Shown in pieces: positions 17,929-27,027 of a stretch of DNA of 64,000 bases. Below the pieces are notes generated by a model. That model did not search any database and was not told where the DNA came from. It was given only the letters and a program-made list of their open reading frames with translations. Within the stretch, counting starts at the first letter, position 1, and the number at the start of each line of letters is the position of its first letter. Location of the stretch: positions 26,966-90,965 of the forward strand of contig SICV01000002.1 of NCBI GenBank assembly GCA_009694725.1, read 5' to 3'. The position numbers and the translations under genes were made by a program. The stretch is from Candidatus Pacearchaeota archaeon (GTDB lineage Archaea; Nanobdellota; Nanobdellia; Pacearchaeales; GW2011-AR1).

Positions 17929-18204
17929 TCACCCAAAAGCTCGACGATAATCTTCAATAGTGGCGGATGAGACGCCGGGGATTGAGGCTAATTGAGCTTC
18001 GACGGCATCAGTGCCTTTTTCTTCAGGCATATCTGTTTTGACATGGACTGACTTGAGGCCGAAGGCTATTGGTTTTTCGGTGATTGAGATATTACTTCCA
18101 CCCAAGGCTTTGATGCGTATTTCTGCTTCGTGCTTGATTGCTTCAAGATTGGTATCTGGCGCTTCAGGCATGAGTTTGGTGATGATTACTACAATTGGTG
18201 GCAT
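17929..18204 (-). CDS. ef1b: elongation factor aEF-1 beta
   Basis: 91 aa. The pattern KLMPEAPDTNLEAIK..EKPIAFGLKSV..PEEKGTDAVEAQL..IPGVSSATIEDYRR is typical of the family. Confidence 0.85.
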   Translation of the reverse strand: MPPIVVIITKLMPEAPDTNLEAIKHEAEIRIKALGGSNISITEKPIAFGLKSVHVKTDMPEEKGTDAVEAQLASIPGVSSATIEDYRRAFG

Positions 18205-18290
18205 ACCTGCCTGATTGAAAATTGGTTTATAAGGCTTCCGTATAAAAAATCCCTACTGTAAAAAAAAGTAACGGTTGCCGTGTGAAGTCA

Positions 18291-18482
18291 TTAATTGAAG
18301 GTGTCGTATAACATCTTCAAGCCAGACAAACCGACTAAGACATAGACTACCATTTCAACTCTTGGCAATCCACCGAGAAGCATACTTACTACATTCCAAT
18401 CGAATGCAGTAAGGCCCCAGTTGATTGCACCAACAATGACAAGTGTTTTGACAACATTATCTACTGTGTTCATTTTTCCCAT
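18291..18482 (-). CDS. DUF378-family small membrane protein
   Basis: MGKMNTVDNVVKTLVIVGAINWGLTAF..VYVLVGLSGL. Start trimmed to the ATG downstream of GGAGGGGG and TATA GTTTATATAG. Confidence 0.65.
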   Translation of the reverse strand: MGKMNTVDNVVKTLVIVGAINWGLTAFDWNVVSMLLGGLPRVEMVVYVLVGLSGLKMLYDTFN

Positions 18483-18592
18483 TTTCCCCCTCCTTTCACG
18501 ATGGTTATGTGGCATTTCTGCTATATAAACCCTTTGAGCTGAATTGTTCTGGTATAACAATCCTTTTATACTGTTTTGAAAATGTGAAGGGT

Positions 18593-19519
18593 ATGGATCC
18601 ATATATACAACTCTTGGAACGTATTGCACAGGCTGCAAAACTTTCTCAAGAGGAAGTTGAACGTAAAGTTGAAGCAAAACGAGCAAAGTTATCTGGTTTG
18701 GTAAGTCGTGAAGGGGCTGCGCAAATTGTTGCTGCTGAACTAGGGGTTAATTTTGATAAAGAACAATTTACTATTGCAGAATTGCCGGGTGTGAAGCGAG
18801 CCAATTTTGTTGCGCAAATTTTAGCTATTGCTCCTGTACGTAGTTATAGTAAAAATGGACGAGAAGGAAAAGTGGGTAATCTTACCTTAGGTGATGCAAG
18901 CGGAACGATTCGGTGTGTGTTGTGGGACACGGCACATATAGGGTTGGTTGAACAAGGAACGTTGCATGTAGGGGATACTTTGGAGATTAGCAATGGAATG
19001 ATGCGTAATGGGGAAGTGCATCTTTCTTCGTTTGCAGATATCAAACAAAGCTCGATGAAGTTGGCAGGTGTACAATTGACTGCGATTGTTTCTCCGAAAC
19101 GGATTGGAGAATTACAACCGGGAATGAAAGCGCACGTTCGAGCATTTATTGTGCAGGCGTTCGATCCTCGTTATTTTGAAGTATGTTCTGAATGTGGGAA
19201 GCGTTTAGGTGAGGGTGGGTGCGCAGTGCATGGTCAAGTGACTCCTAAGAAACGTGCATTACTTTCATTGGTATTGGATGATGGGACTGAATCGTGTCGT
19301 GCGGTTTTATTTCAAGATCAGCTACTTCAATTGGGGTTGCAGGAAGCAGAAATTTACTCTTTAGAAGCTTTTTTAATAAAGAAAGCTTCTTTGTTGGGAG
19401 AAGAACATTTTTTTACTGGTTCTTTTAGACAAAATACATTATATAATACGACTGAATTTATGGTTGACTCTATTGCTCCTGTCGTTCCTGTAACGTTGCT
19501 CGCTTCTTTCCAAAAGTAG
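18593..19519 (+). CDS. replication protein A-like ssDNA-binding protein (OB folds + zinc ribbon)
   Basis: N-terminus KLSQEEVERKVEAKRAKLSGLVSREGAAQIVAAELGV. OB-fold segments. CSECGKRLGEGGCAVHG zinc ribbon. TATA CTTTTATAC lies 25 nt upstream. Confidence 0.7.
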   Translation: MDPYIQLLERIAQAAKLSQEEVERKVEAKRAKLSGLVSREGAAQIVAAELGVNFDKEQFTIAELPGVKRANFVAQILAIAPVRSYSKNGREGKVGNLTLGDASGTIRCVLWDTAHIGLVEQGTLHVGDTLEISNGMMRNGEVHLSSFADIKQSSMKLAGVQLTAIVSPKRIGELQPGMKAHVRAFIVQAFDPRYFEVCSECGKRLGEGGCAVHGQVTPKKRALLSLVLDDGTESCRAVLFQDQLLQLGLQEAEIYSLEAFLIKKASLLGEEHFFTGSFRQNTLYNTTEFMVDSIAPVVPVTLLASFQK

Positions 19520-19544
19520 TATTTATTAAGGTCTGTTCTCTCTT

Positions 19545-19763
19545 TTGTATATGCCTGAGGTGATGACGCAACCTGTGCAACAACCTGTTCTGCAGGTTGC
19601 TCCGATTGTACCTCCCAGTACTCTTCCTCCCTCTTCTCTGTCTACACTTCCTGTTTCTCCACCCTCTTCTGAAGGGAGTTCGATGAAATGGTGGATTCTC
19701 GCAATGGTCCTTTTTCTTATTTTTGTAGGTATTGTTGTCTGGTATTTCAGCACTCGGCCGTAA
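19545..19763 (+). CDS. small Pro-rich protein with C-terminal TM anchor
   Basis: 72 aa. Its stop abuts the next ATG. Confidence 0.4.
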   Translation: MYMPEVMTQPVQQPVLQVAPIVPPSTLPPSSLSTLPVSPPSSEGSSMKWWILAMVLFLIFVGIVVWYFSTRP

Positions 19764-19764
19764 T

Positions 19765-20214
19765 ATGCTTGTTCGTACTCATTTTTTATTTGGCATTGTA
19801 CTTGCACTGTTCTTTTTGCCATTGGTAACCCACCCCTTTTGGTTTGTGCCTCTTGTTTTATTTACTTCTTTACTGCCTGATGTAGATAGTATGCATTCCC
19901 TTTTGGGGAGGAGTATGTGGTTTCGTCCTTTTCAGTGGTTGACTAAACATCGAGGATTTTTACACAGCCTTACTTTTTGTATTATCATTAGTTTTCTTTT
20001 GGTCTTGTTCTTTCCTCTTGTTGCCTTTCCTTTTTTCTTAGGGTATACTGGGCATTTATTGCTTGATGCATTTACCGTTGAAGGGATTCGCCCCTGGTGG
20101 CCAGGGAAGGATGAATGGAAAGGGAGCATTACTACGGGAAGCAGTATGGAAACGGGATTTTTTTATGGGCTGATTTTGATTAGTTTGGCTTTGGGTGTGG
20201 TGCGATTTTTCTGA
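19765..20214 (+). CDS. membrane-bound metal-dependent hydrolase (YdjM/DUF457-like)
   Basis: Motifs THFLFG, LLPDVDS, FLHSLTF and GHLLLDAFTVEGIRPWWP. Confidence 0.65.
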   Translation: MLVRTHFLFGIVLALFFLPLVTHPFWFVPLVLFTSLLPDVDSMHSLLGRSMWFRPFQWLTKHRGFLHSLTFCIIISFLLVLFFPLVAFPFFLGYTGHLLLDAFTVEGIRPWWPGKDEWKGSITTGSSMETGFFYGLILISLALGVVRFF

Positions 20215-20345
20215 AGTACTTTCACGATAAAGAGTTTAGAGGAGTTTGGATTATATCTCGGTATATTTCTTTTCTAACGATAGTGTTGTATTATTGTCAT
20301 CTTTAGTGCTATAATGTTTATATAGCGCTTTCCGTGTTTGTTTGT

Positions 20346-21362
20346 ATGGTTAAAGCGAGTGAAGAAAAAGAGGAGAAGAAAAGTAAAGTTGAGGGAGACG
20401 TGAGTGATGCTGAACCTGCATTAACTGATATTCCAGGGATTGGTCCCGGGATTGCTTCTAAGCTTGAAGCCGCAGGGGTGTATGATTTGATGGGGCTTGC
20501 TGTGATGAGTCCTTCTGCACTTTCTGAACTTGCTGGAGTGGGTGAAGCAGTTGCTCGTAAAGCTATTCAAGCTGCGCGTAGTATGATGAAACTAGGGTTC
20601 TCAGACGGGATTGAATTTTCTAAAAAGCGCGATGATGTGTTCTTTTTAGGAACGGGAAGCTCAAATTTGAATGGGCTCCTGGGAGGAAGAGGAATTGAAA
20701 CCAAGGCCATAACCGAGTGTTATGGCGCCTTTGGTTCAGGTAAGACGCAGCTCGGGTTAACTCTTGCGGTTCGTGTGCAGTTACCAAAAGAACAGGGTGG
20801 AGCAAATGGGAAAGCAGTTTTTATCGATACGGAGGGAACATTCCGTCCTGAACGTATTCGACAAATTGCAGAAGGTTTGGGAGCAAACCCTGAAAAAGTA
20901 CTCAAGAATATTTTGGTTGCTCGGGCGTTCAATAGTGATCATCAAATTTTATTGGCTGATAAAATTGGAGAGTTAATTAAAGGAGGAGAACCTATTCGTA
21001 TTGTTATTATTGATTCGTTAACTGCACATTTTAGAGCAGAATTTGCGGGACGAGGGCAGCTTGCAGATCGACAGCAAAAACTTAATCGATATCTTCATGG
21101 TCTTATGAAGTTGGCTGAACAACATAATCTTGCCATTTATGTGACAAATCAAGTTATGGCTAATCCTGCTATGATGTTTGGAGATCCTACGACTGCAGTT
21201 GGTGGGAATATTGTTGCACATGCAAGTACCTTTCGTCTCTATCTTCGTCGAGGGAAACAAGGGAGTCGAGTTGCCAAATTGATCGATAGCCCTAATTTGC
21301 CCGATGGAGAAGCTGTCTTTTTTGTTACCAAGAATGGTGTTGTTGATGAAGATAAGGATTGA
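20346..21362 (+). CDS. radA: DNA repair and recombination protein RadA
   Basis: HhH segment [16 protein letters not shown], Walker [10 protein letters not shown], Walker [22 protein letters not shown] lies 25 nt upstream of the ATG at 20346. Confidence 0.95.
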   Translation: MVKASEEKEEKKSKVEGDVSDAEPALTDIPGIGPGIASKLEAAGVYDLMGLAVMSPSALSELAGVGEAVARKAIQAARSMMKLGFSDGIEFSKKRDDVFFLGTGSSNLNGLLGGRGIETKAITECYGAFGSGKTQLGLTLAVRVQLPKEQGGANGKAVFIDTEGTFRPERIRQIAEGLGANPEKVLKNILVARAFNSDHQILLADKIGELIKGGEPIRIVIIDSLTAHFRAEFAGRGQLADRQQKLNRYLHGLMKLAEQHNLAIYVTNQVMANPAMMFGDPTTAVGGNIVAHASTFRLYLRRGKQGSRVAKLIDSPNLPDGEAVFFVTKNGVVDEDKD

Positions 21363-21428
21363 GTAGTTTTATTTTGTCTTCTTAAATCTACTCGTAATGA
21401 TTAAATAGTTCTTTTTCTTGATGTAGTT

Positions 21429-22040
21429 ATGCGAGAGACAGTGAATGACGTAGTGCTTTCTGGGGACTATGTTGCAGATAAGATGAAAGAATTTGGGAAA
21501 GGAAAACCGTTTTCTCACGTAGTATTTGATGGTTTTTTACAGAAAAAAGTTGTTGAGGGATTACTTACTGGGTTTGAGAAGGAGTTTTTTGAACAGAAAC
21601 GAGCCGATTTATTCCAGTTTTCTCAGACTTCTGATTTGCATGGGTCAAAACAGAAGGCACTTAAAGCATTTGTGCACTTTCTTGATAGTCCCGAATTCGC
21701 CGAGTATTTGATTCGGATAACTGGTGTGAAGATGAAGGCAGGGGCAAGTGACGTGTTTGGGAGTCGTTATTCTTCAACTGATTACTTGCTCTGTCATGAT
21801 GATCAGCTTGAGGGCAGGAAATTAGCCTTTATTTTTTATTTGAACACGTTGCGGGAGACCCAGGGTGGTGCGCTTGCTTTCCGGGCTGATATGAAGGGTG
21901 TACCGGGGAAGATTGTAAAGCGTATTCATCCCAAAGCCGGTCGCTTGGTCGTTTTTCCGGTTTCATCACAGAGTTGGCATGAGGTTGAGGAAATAGTGAG
22001 TGAAGTTAATCGGTATGCGATCGGGGGATGGTTACACTAA
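21429..22040 (+). CDS. 2OG-Fe(II) oxygenase, OGFOD1/Tpa1/Ofd1-like catalytic domain
   Basis: ADLFQFSQTSDL, HxD in LLCHDDQLEGRKLAFIFYLN, distal His in SWHEVEEI, RYAIGGW. Confidence 0.7.
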   Translation: MRETVNDVVLSGDYVADKMKEFGKGKPFSHVVFDGFLQKKVVEGLLTGFEKEFFEQKRADLFQFSQTSDLHGSKQKALKAFVHFLDSPEFAEYLIRITGVKMKAGASDVFGSRYSSTDYLLCHDDQLEGRKLAFIFYLNTLRETQGGALAFRADMKGVPGKIVKRIHPKAGRLVVFPVSSQSWHEVEEIVSEVNRYAIGGWLH

Positions 22041-22597
22041 TGTTGCAAGAAACGTACTTATTACTTGATACGAAAGAACAATTACGCTTGGCCTGGCAAT
22101 CTGAGGGGTACGTACAAGTTGATCATTTGCTTTCTGTTGAGGACTATATTCGTTTAGCAAAATGTGCTTGGGGAAAAGGGAAACAAGTTGAACGACCTGC
22201 GCGGTATTCTTATGGTCTTGTATCTTCTGTACCTTTAGTCTCTGCATTTAGTGGGTCGGTGCTCAGTGGCTGGTTGGGAAGTATAATGGGGGGGAAAGTG
22301 CGTATCAAAGACGTTTCTATTCGGCATTTTGGACATGGAGATTATACGTTATTACATGATGCCGTGTATACTGCGGGAGTTGCACAGTTCTTTTTCATTT
22401 TTTCAGGGATGTGGGATCCTGCGTGGGGAGGGGGATTGACAGTACATCGAGATAAAGCTTCCCCCTTACAGGTTGGGTTGAAGGGTAATCGATTCTTTTT
22501 AGTTCGTTCGCGTGATGAATGGAAACCGTTTGTGCAGTATATCAATCATCTTGCGGGAAAAGAGACTTTTGTACTCGTGCAGGGTACGATTTCGTAA
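22040..22597 (+). CDS. Ofd1/Tpa1 C-terminal (non-catalytic DSBH)-like protein
   Basis: RHFGHGDYTLLHDA and GGGLTVH. Starts at a TAATG overlap with the preceding gene. Confidence 0.5.
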   Translation: MLQETYLLLDTKEQLRLAWQSEGYVQVDHLLSVEDYIRLAKCAWGKGKQVERPARYSYGLVSSVPLVSAFSGSVLSGWLGSIMGGKVRIKDVSIRHFGHGDYTLLHDAVYTAGVAQFFFIFSGMWDPAWGGGLTVHRDKASPLQVGLKGNRFFLVRSRDEWKPFVQYINHLAGKETFVLVQGTIS

Positions 22598-22613
22598 TGT
22601 TTCTTGTTTAGAG

Positions 22614-22650
22614 TATCTGGTGTACGCTTTGATGAGGGGGGTTCAGCAAC
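22614..22650 (+). repeat. intergenic motif copy (TATCTGGTGTACGCTTTGATGAGGGGGGTTCAGCAAC)
   Basis: 17 nt after the stop at 22597. Confidence 0.5.
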
Positions 22651-22724
22651 GTTTTCTTCTTTCTTTTTCCCTTTTTGCTCGGTTACCCCATAGCTTTAAA
22701 ACCCTTTTACCTACCTTTTCTTAA

Positions 22725-22796
22725 GCCTCTATAGTTTATCGGATAGAATACAACCTTGCGGAGGTTGGGGGCGAGGTTCAATTCCTCGTAGAGGCG
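22725..22796 (+). tRNA. tRNA-Arg (anticodon GCG)
   Basis: Hand-folded cloverleaf. Acceptor GCCTCTA/TAGAGGC, anticodon arm CAACC-TTGCGGA-GGTTG, T arm CGAGG-TTCAATT-CCTCG. TATA GCTTTAAAAC lies 25 nt upstream. A T-run follows. Confidence 0.9.
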
Positions 22797-22797
22797 T

Positions 22798-23049
22798 TTA
22801 TTTTTTCTTTTTCCATTGCCAACGCGGTCTATCTCCTGTGCACCAGCATATGAGCCAGATGATAAACGTGTAGAGTGTCCAGGGGTGTAGTACGGTATAG
22901 AGTGTATCGCTTATTGAATAGGAGAAGCGATTTGCGAGTGCATACGAATAATACATTCCAATAACCCAGAGTCCGATCATGAGTTTTCCTTGCCAGGTTG
23001 CTGGTTTCCAGCCCCAGCCATAATCTTTGCGTTTGAACCAGTATTTCAC
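22798..23049 (-). CDS. small Trp-rich membrane protein (hypothetical)
   Basis: 83 aa. KDYGWGWKPATWQGK followed by two TM segments. Confidence 0.55.
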   Translation of the reverse strand: MKYWFKRKDYGWGWKPATWQGKLMIGLWVIGMYYSYALANRFSYSISDTLYTVLHPWTLYTFIIWLICWCTGDRPRWQWKKKK

Positions 23050-23081
23050 TCTTTTTTATTGTTTTTCTACTTTTTAGATGT

Positions 23082-23651
23082 TTAGAAGTGTTTATCTAAT
23101 TCTTTGGTGTACTGGTGAAGTTCAGTGTTATTGAACCAGAGAGCAATTTCTCGCTTGGCATTTTCTACGGTATCAGAGGCGTGGATGAGATTTCGTAATA
23201 CTCTTTGTTTTTTATCTGCGAGGGCATAGGACTCTAAGAGTGCGAAGTCTCCGCGGATGGTGCCGGGAGGAGATTGGCGAGGTTCAGTTGAGCCAACCAT
23301 TTTTCTGACGAGTTCGACGGCGTGGGGACCTTCAAGGACTAGGGCTACAACTGGTCCTTCACTGAGGAACGTCATATTCCAGGATTGAATGGTTTTTCCA
23401 AGGTGCATGTGATCTTTGTATTCCATTGTTTTACCTTCTTTATCGTATGAAGCTTTTGTTTTATCATAGACATTTTTTGCCCAGGTTTCATCAAGGTGAT
23501 AATGTTTCTCCGCGTGTTTCTCATCTGCCCAGACTAGTTTCATTGCGGCGATTTTGAATCCTGCTTCTTCGAATCGTTGGATAAGTCTTCCGAGGAGGTT
23601 TCGTTGGACGGCGTCATGTTTCAAAAGGACAAGTGTTTGTTCAGTAGTCAT
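23082..23651 (-). CDS. ndk: nucleoside diphosphate kinase (with internal insertion)
   Basis: EQTLVLLKHDAVQRNLLGRLIQRFEEAGFKIAAMK, GTIRGDF, NLIHASD. Confidence 0.85.
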   Translation of the reverse strand: MTTEQTLVLLKHDAVQRNLLGRLIQRFEEAGFKIAAMKLVWADEKHAEKHYHLDETWAKNVYDKTKASYDKEGKTMEYKDHMHLGKTIQSWNMTFLSEGPVVALVLEGPHAVELVRKMVGSTEPRQSPPGTIRGDFALLESYALADKKQRVLRNLIHASDTVENAKREIALWFNNTELHQYTKELDKHF

Positions 23652-23671
23652 GATTCGCTCTGGAGGGGAGG

Positions 23672-23683
23672 GGTTTTAAAGAT
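23672..23683. promoter_or_regulatory. shared bidirectional TATA box (GGTTTTAAAGAT)
   Basis: Lies about 25 nt from the ndk ATG (23651, minus strand) and about 25 nt from the udg ATG (23702, plus strand). Confidence 0.5.
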
Positions 23684-23701
23684 TACTGTATGATTTTTTG
23701 T

Positions 23702-24298
23702 ATGGACAAAACTACGTTACTTGCAGATGTTGAAGAACGTTGTAAGGCTGCGGACTTGCTGTTGAAAGTTGGTTCTACACATTTGGTTTTTGGAAAGGGG
23801 AGTGCGGATGCTTCGATTGTGTTTATTGGGGAGGCTCCGGGAGCGAAGGAAGATGAGCAAGGAATGCCGTTTGTGGGTGCGGCAGGTAAGAATCTTGACA
23901 AGTTGCTTGCAGGGGTAGGGCTTTCACTGGATCAGGTGTATGTAGCGAATGTATTGAAATATCGTCCCCCAGAGAATCGGAATCCCTCCCCTGAGGAAAT
24001 TAGAGCTCATGCTCCTTGGTTGGCTGAGCAGTTACGCGCTATACGGCCAAAAGTGGTGTGTTCGCTGGGGAATTTTGCCACGAAGTTGGTGTTGAGAGGG
24101 TTTGAGGTTGAGAAGATGGATAGTGTTGCGGGGATTACTGCTCTCCATGGTAAGGTACAGATACTTCAGTGGGAAGGAATGACGTTTACGTTGGTGCCGT
24201 TGTTTCATCCTGCGGCAATTATCTATAATCAACGGTTAAAACCGTTGTGGGAAATGGATATGGACGTCGTGAAGGGGATTGTTGCTCAACATACATGA
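23702..24298 (+). CDS. udg: uracil-DNA glycosylase, family 4
   Basis: VFIGEAPGAKEDEQGMPFVGAAGKNLDKLL and HPAAIIYN. Confidence 0.9.
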   Translation: MDKTTLLADVEERCKAADLLLKVGSTHLVFGKGSADASIVFIGEAPGAKEDEQGMPFVGAAGKNLDKLLAGVGLSLDQVYVANVLKYRPPENRNPSPEEIRAHAPWLAEQLRAIRPKVVCSLGNFATKLVLRGFEVEKMDSVAGITALHGKVQILQWEGMTFTLVPLFHPAAIIYNQRLKPLWEMDMDVVKGIVAQHT

Positions 24299-24309
24299 TT
24301 ACTCCCTTT

Positions 24310-24345
24310 TATCTGATGTACGCTTTTGGTGAGGGGTTTAGGAAG
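24310..24345 (+). repeat. intergenic motif copy, closest to consensus (TATCTGATGTACGCTTTTGGTGAGGGGTTTAGGAAG)
   Basis: 12 nt after the udg stop, in the convergent spacer with nop10. Confidence 0.55.
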
Positions 24346-24379
24346 TAAACGTATTGTAGGGGGTGAGGGGAAAAAGGAG

Positions 24380-24529
24380 TTATTTCTCAGGAAAAGGTGT
24401 GTCGTGTTTGGGGGCGGTGAGATTTTTGTATTTGTAATGTGCTGAGGATGTTGGTTTGTTACAGAGTGGACAGAGAGTCTTGAGCGTGTAGTTCTTTTTG
24501 GTGTGGTTGGGGCAGACAGCAAGGTTCAT
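24380..24529 (-). CDS. nop10: H/ACA RNP protein Nop10
   Basis: 49-aa ORF below the track cutoff, translated by hand: MNLAVCPNHTKKNYTLKTLCPLCNKPTSSAHYKYKNL... Sits at the canonical position downstream of aIF2-alpha. Confidence 0.65.
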   Translation of the reverse strand: MNLAVCPNHTKKNYTLKTLCPLCNKPTSSAHYKYKNLTAPKHDTPFPEK

Positions 24530-24533
24530 GAGG

Positions 24534-25235
24534 TTATTGTGCTTCCTTTACAACGCAGGCAATCTTCTTTTCCTTTGCTTCTTGGACGAGTTTTGTGACG
24601 ATTTGTTGAAGTTTATAGTGTGCTTTCTTGTATTCAGTGTCTTCTACGCTCAATGAGAATTGTCCTGAACCTAAATAATGGGCCTTGACTTCTTTTTTAG
24701 AAAATAGATTCCTAATATCTTCTACCCCATTTTCACTATGGGTCGTCAAGACCACCACTTGACGTACTTCTTTTTTATTTTCATCTTTAGTAGACATAGC
24801 AGCAATTATTTTCTCTGCCTCCTCTTTTCCAACAAAAGGTTTAATTGCTGCCGGATTTGCTTTCAAGGCGTCAAAAAAATCGGCTAAGGTTTGCTCGTTG
24901 AGTATCTTTTCAATAATTGTTTCTGGATTTTTAGTAATTGATTTAAGCATTGTACGAATGGTACGTTCTTTCTTTGCTTGTTCTTGCGCTTCTTCACGTT
25001 CTTTTCCAGTTACTCTTCGTCGTGAAAGTTCAAGATGGTCTTTTTTGACTGTAAGTATCTTACATATGATTTGTTTATTGACGAATACATATTCTCTGAG
25101 ATTACGAATTCTTCCTGCAGCAATTTCAGACATCACAATTGCGCCTTTCTCACCCGTATTTGTTTCCACATGTACTGAAGCACTTTCAATTGATTTTACA
25201 TGACAGGTAATAATGTCCCCTTGTTTGTGTATCAT
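24534..25235 (-). CDS. eif2a: translation initiation factor aIF2 alpha subunit
   Basis: N-terminal S1 domain with SEIAAGRIRNLREYV. Lies in the conserved S27e-aIF2alpha-Nop10 order. Confidence 0.8.
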   Translation of the reverse strand: MIHKQGDIITCHVKSIESASVHVETNTGEKGAIVMSEIAAGRIRNLREYVFVNKQIICKILTVKKDHLELSRRRVTGKEREEAQEQAKKERTIRTMLKSITKNPETIIEKILNEQTLADFFDALKANPAAIKPFVGKEEAEKIIAAMSTKDENKKEVRQVVVLTTHSENGVEDIRNLFSKKEVKAHYLGSGQFSLSVEDTEYKKAHYKLQQIVTKLVQEAKEKKIACVVKEAQ

Positions 25236-25399
25236 GCTTTAATGACTCCACTGACTTTGGCGTGCATGCGCGCTTTTCCGCCAGATGTTTTTGCAAGAAG
25301 ATGGTTACATTTAGCGCATTTAACGAGCATAGAAGGTCTGCTAAAAATAGTTTGATGGTTCTTACAGCGAGGACATACAGTTTTGAGGAATACACTCAT
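25232..25399 (-). CDS. rps27e: ribosomal protein S27e (eS27)
   Basis: 55-aa ORF below the track cutoff: MSVFLKTVCPRCKNHQTIFSRPSMLVKCAKCNHLLAKTSGGKARMHAKV (C4 zinc ribbon). ATGA overlap with aIF2alpha. TATA TCTTTAAAAC lies 25 nt upstream. Confidence 0.85.
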   Translation of the reverse strand: MSVFLKTVCPRCKNHQTIFSRPSMLVKCAKCNHLLAKTSGGKARMHAKVSGVIKA

Positions 25400-25490
25400 G
25401 AGAAAGGGTGGTTTGAGGGTGTTTTAAAGATTGTTATGTCTCGAACGTTTAAAACTTGCCTCATCAAGAATTTTAATTCTTGACCGCTAT

Positions 25491-25700
25491 CAAGGACCTG
25501 TGTCCTTTAGGTTTAAGGCAATGACGTTTGTGAGCACAGAGAATCTACCGATTCTCTGGTCAGGAAACTAACTGATAGTTTCCTGCATCCAAAGAACGAG
25601 TGCTTGTTCAAATCACGTACTTCAGTGCGTGGTGGCACATCGTTTTTCTGATGTGCCCTCTTGAACATTCGCTTGTGAATTTTTATATGAGGGGCTTATA
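25491..25700. ncRNA. candidate structured RNA / repeat element 'B' (paralog of 4713..4918)
   Basis: Shares GAGCACAGAGAAT..ATTCTCTG, GCATCCAAAGAACGAGTGC and GGTGGCACATCGT with element A. TATA-like boxes occur on both flanks (CGTTTAAAAC on +, CATATAAAAAT on -). Confidence 0.4.
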
Positions 25701-27000
25701 CGGTTATCTTTAGAGAAGATTGGAGTTCAGTAATAAAAAGTTGTTCTTTGTCTTTATCAATAAGTCCCCCCGTAGCAAAGGGCTGGCCCCCTATTTCTCC
25801 TCCTAACTTGATGATTATATTGTGTACTAGTTCATGCACATTTCTTCCTTGTTTTCCCACCATTTGTGCTGAAATTTTAATTTTATTATTTGCATATGCT
25901 AATCCGATAAGTGCAGTCCCTTCTTCAAAGGCGGGGGAAGCAGAAAGCATGCTCGTTACTGTTCCAATAATTGTATCTTTTATTTTATCTTGTGCATTGA
26001 TGATTGTATATAGGGGCCCGGTAATATGCGTATTTTCTTGGGCATATTTAAGACCCGCAATAAGATGTTGTTTATATTCAGTGTACAGACGTTCTGCTTG
26101 CTCCTTTGCTTCTTTATTTCCTAAACAAAATGAGAGAGCTAATGCAGGTTGGTCCATTCGACTACAAGCATTAATAAGTGCTGAAAGTTCTCGAGCGTCC
26201 GCTTGTTGATTAAAAAACTTGATAATATACAGATTGCCGATATTTTGTTCAAGCGTTCGTTGCGGTATACGCATGGCAATTGCAGTAATTAAACGGCCCA
26301 TTTCATTATCGGATAACTCTAACAATGATTTGAATTTATCTTGTTCTCGTACTATATGTGCATCCCTTAGGAGTTCAATAACTCCTCGATAGGAACCGGT
26401 TACATTGGGAATATATGGATTTGAACAATATTCAAGGGTCTTATCCAGAGGCCTTGTTGCGGGATAGAGTAATAATCCTCGCTTGATAACTGTTTCAGCT
26501 TCACGAAGTATTTCTTCATATTGCGGGGAGATATTTTTTTCTAATTGATTACCCACCATGCCTAAGACTGCTAGATAGGCAAGATCCTTATTTTGTGCCG
26601 CTAGAGTTCGAGCGGTGAGATAACAAATGGCTGCAGATGAGAGTGGCTCTGCTTGTACTAACTGAAGATTGATTATTGTTATGTTTTGAGGAATATCAGC
26701 ACTTATTTCATGATGATCAAAAATAAATATTTCTGTTTTCTTTTGTGCTAGGGCAGATAGGCTTTCTGAAGCTAAACCTAGGAAAATAAGAATATGCGTT
26801 TCTGGTAGTTTTGCAATAAATGATTCTTCAAGCTCTTTGATAATTTGGAGAGAATATGTTTTATGCCAGCGTTGCAGCATACGTCCAAAAATCGCTGCGG
26901 AGGTTATCCCATCGGTATCTAAATGACTGATTATTTTAATTGGCTTGGTTTTACTGAGTGTATCTATTTTTGCCAGTGCGTTACTAATTGCTTGTTGCAT
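25696..27000 (-). CDS. DHH-family RecJ-like protein (GAN/Cdc45-like)
   Basis: DHH motifs SHLDTDGITSAAI, FLGLAS and IFDHHE. Adjacent to rps15. Confidence 0.75.
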   Translation of the reverse strand: MQQAISNALAKIDTLSKTKPIKIISHLDTDGITSAAIFGRMLQRWHKTYSLQIIKELEESFIAKLPETHILIFLGLASESLSALAQKKTEIFIFDHHEISADIPQNITIINLQLVQAEPLSSAAICYLTARTLAAQNKDLAYLAVLGMVGNQLEKNISPQYEEILREAETVIKRGLLLYPATRPLDKTLEYCSNPYIPNVTGSYRGVIELLRDAHIVREQDKFKSLLELSDNEMGRLITAIAMRIPQRTLEQNIGNLYIIKFFNQQADARELSALINACSRMDQPALALSFCLGNKEAKEQAERLYTEYKQHLIAGLKYAQENTHITGPLYTIINAQDKIKDTIIGTVTSMLSASPAFEEGTALIGLAYANNKIKISAQMVGKQGRNVHELVHNIIIKLGGEIGGQPFATGGLIDKDKEQLFITELQSSLKITV

Positions 27001-27027
27001 ACCATACCTCTTTGAATATTATCTTTT

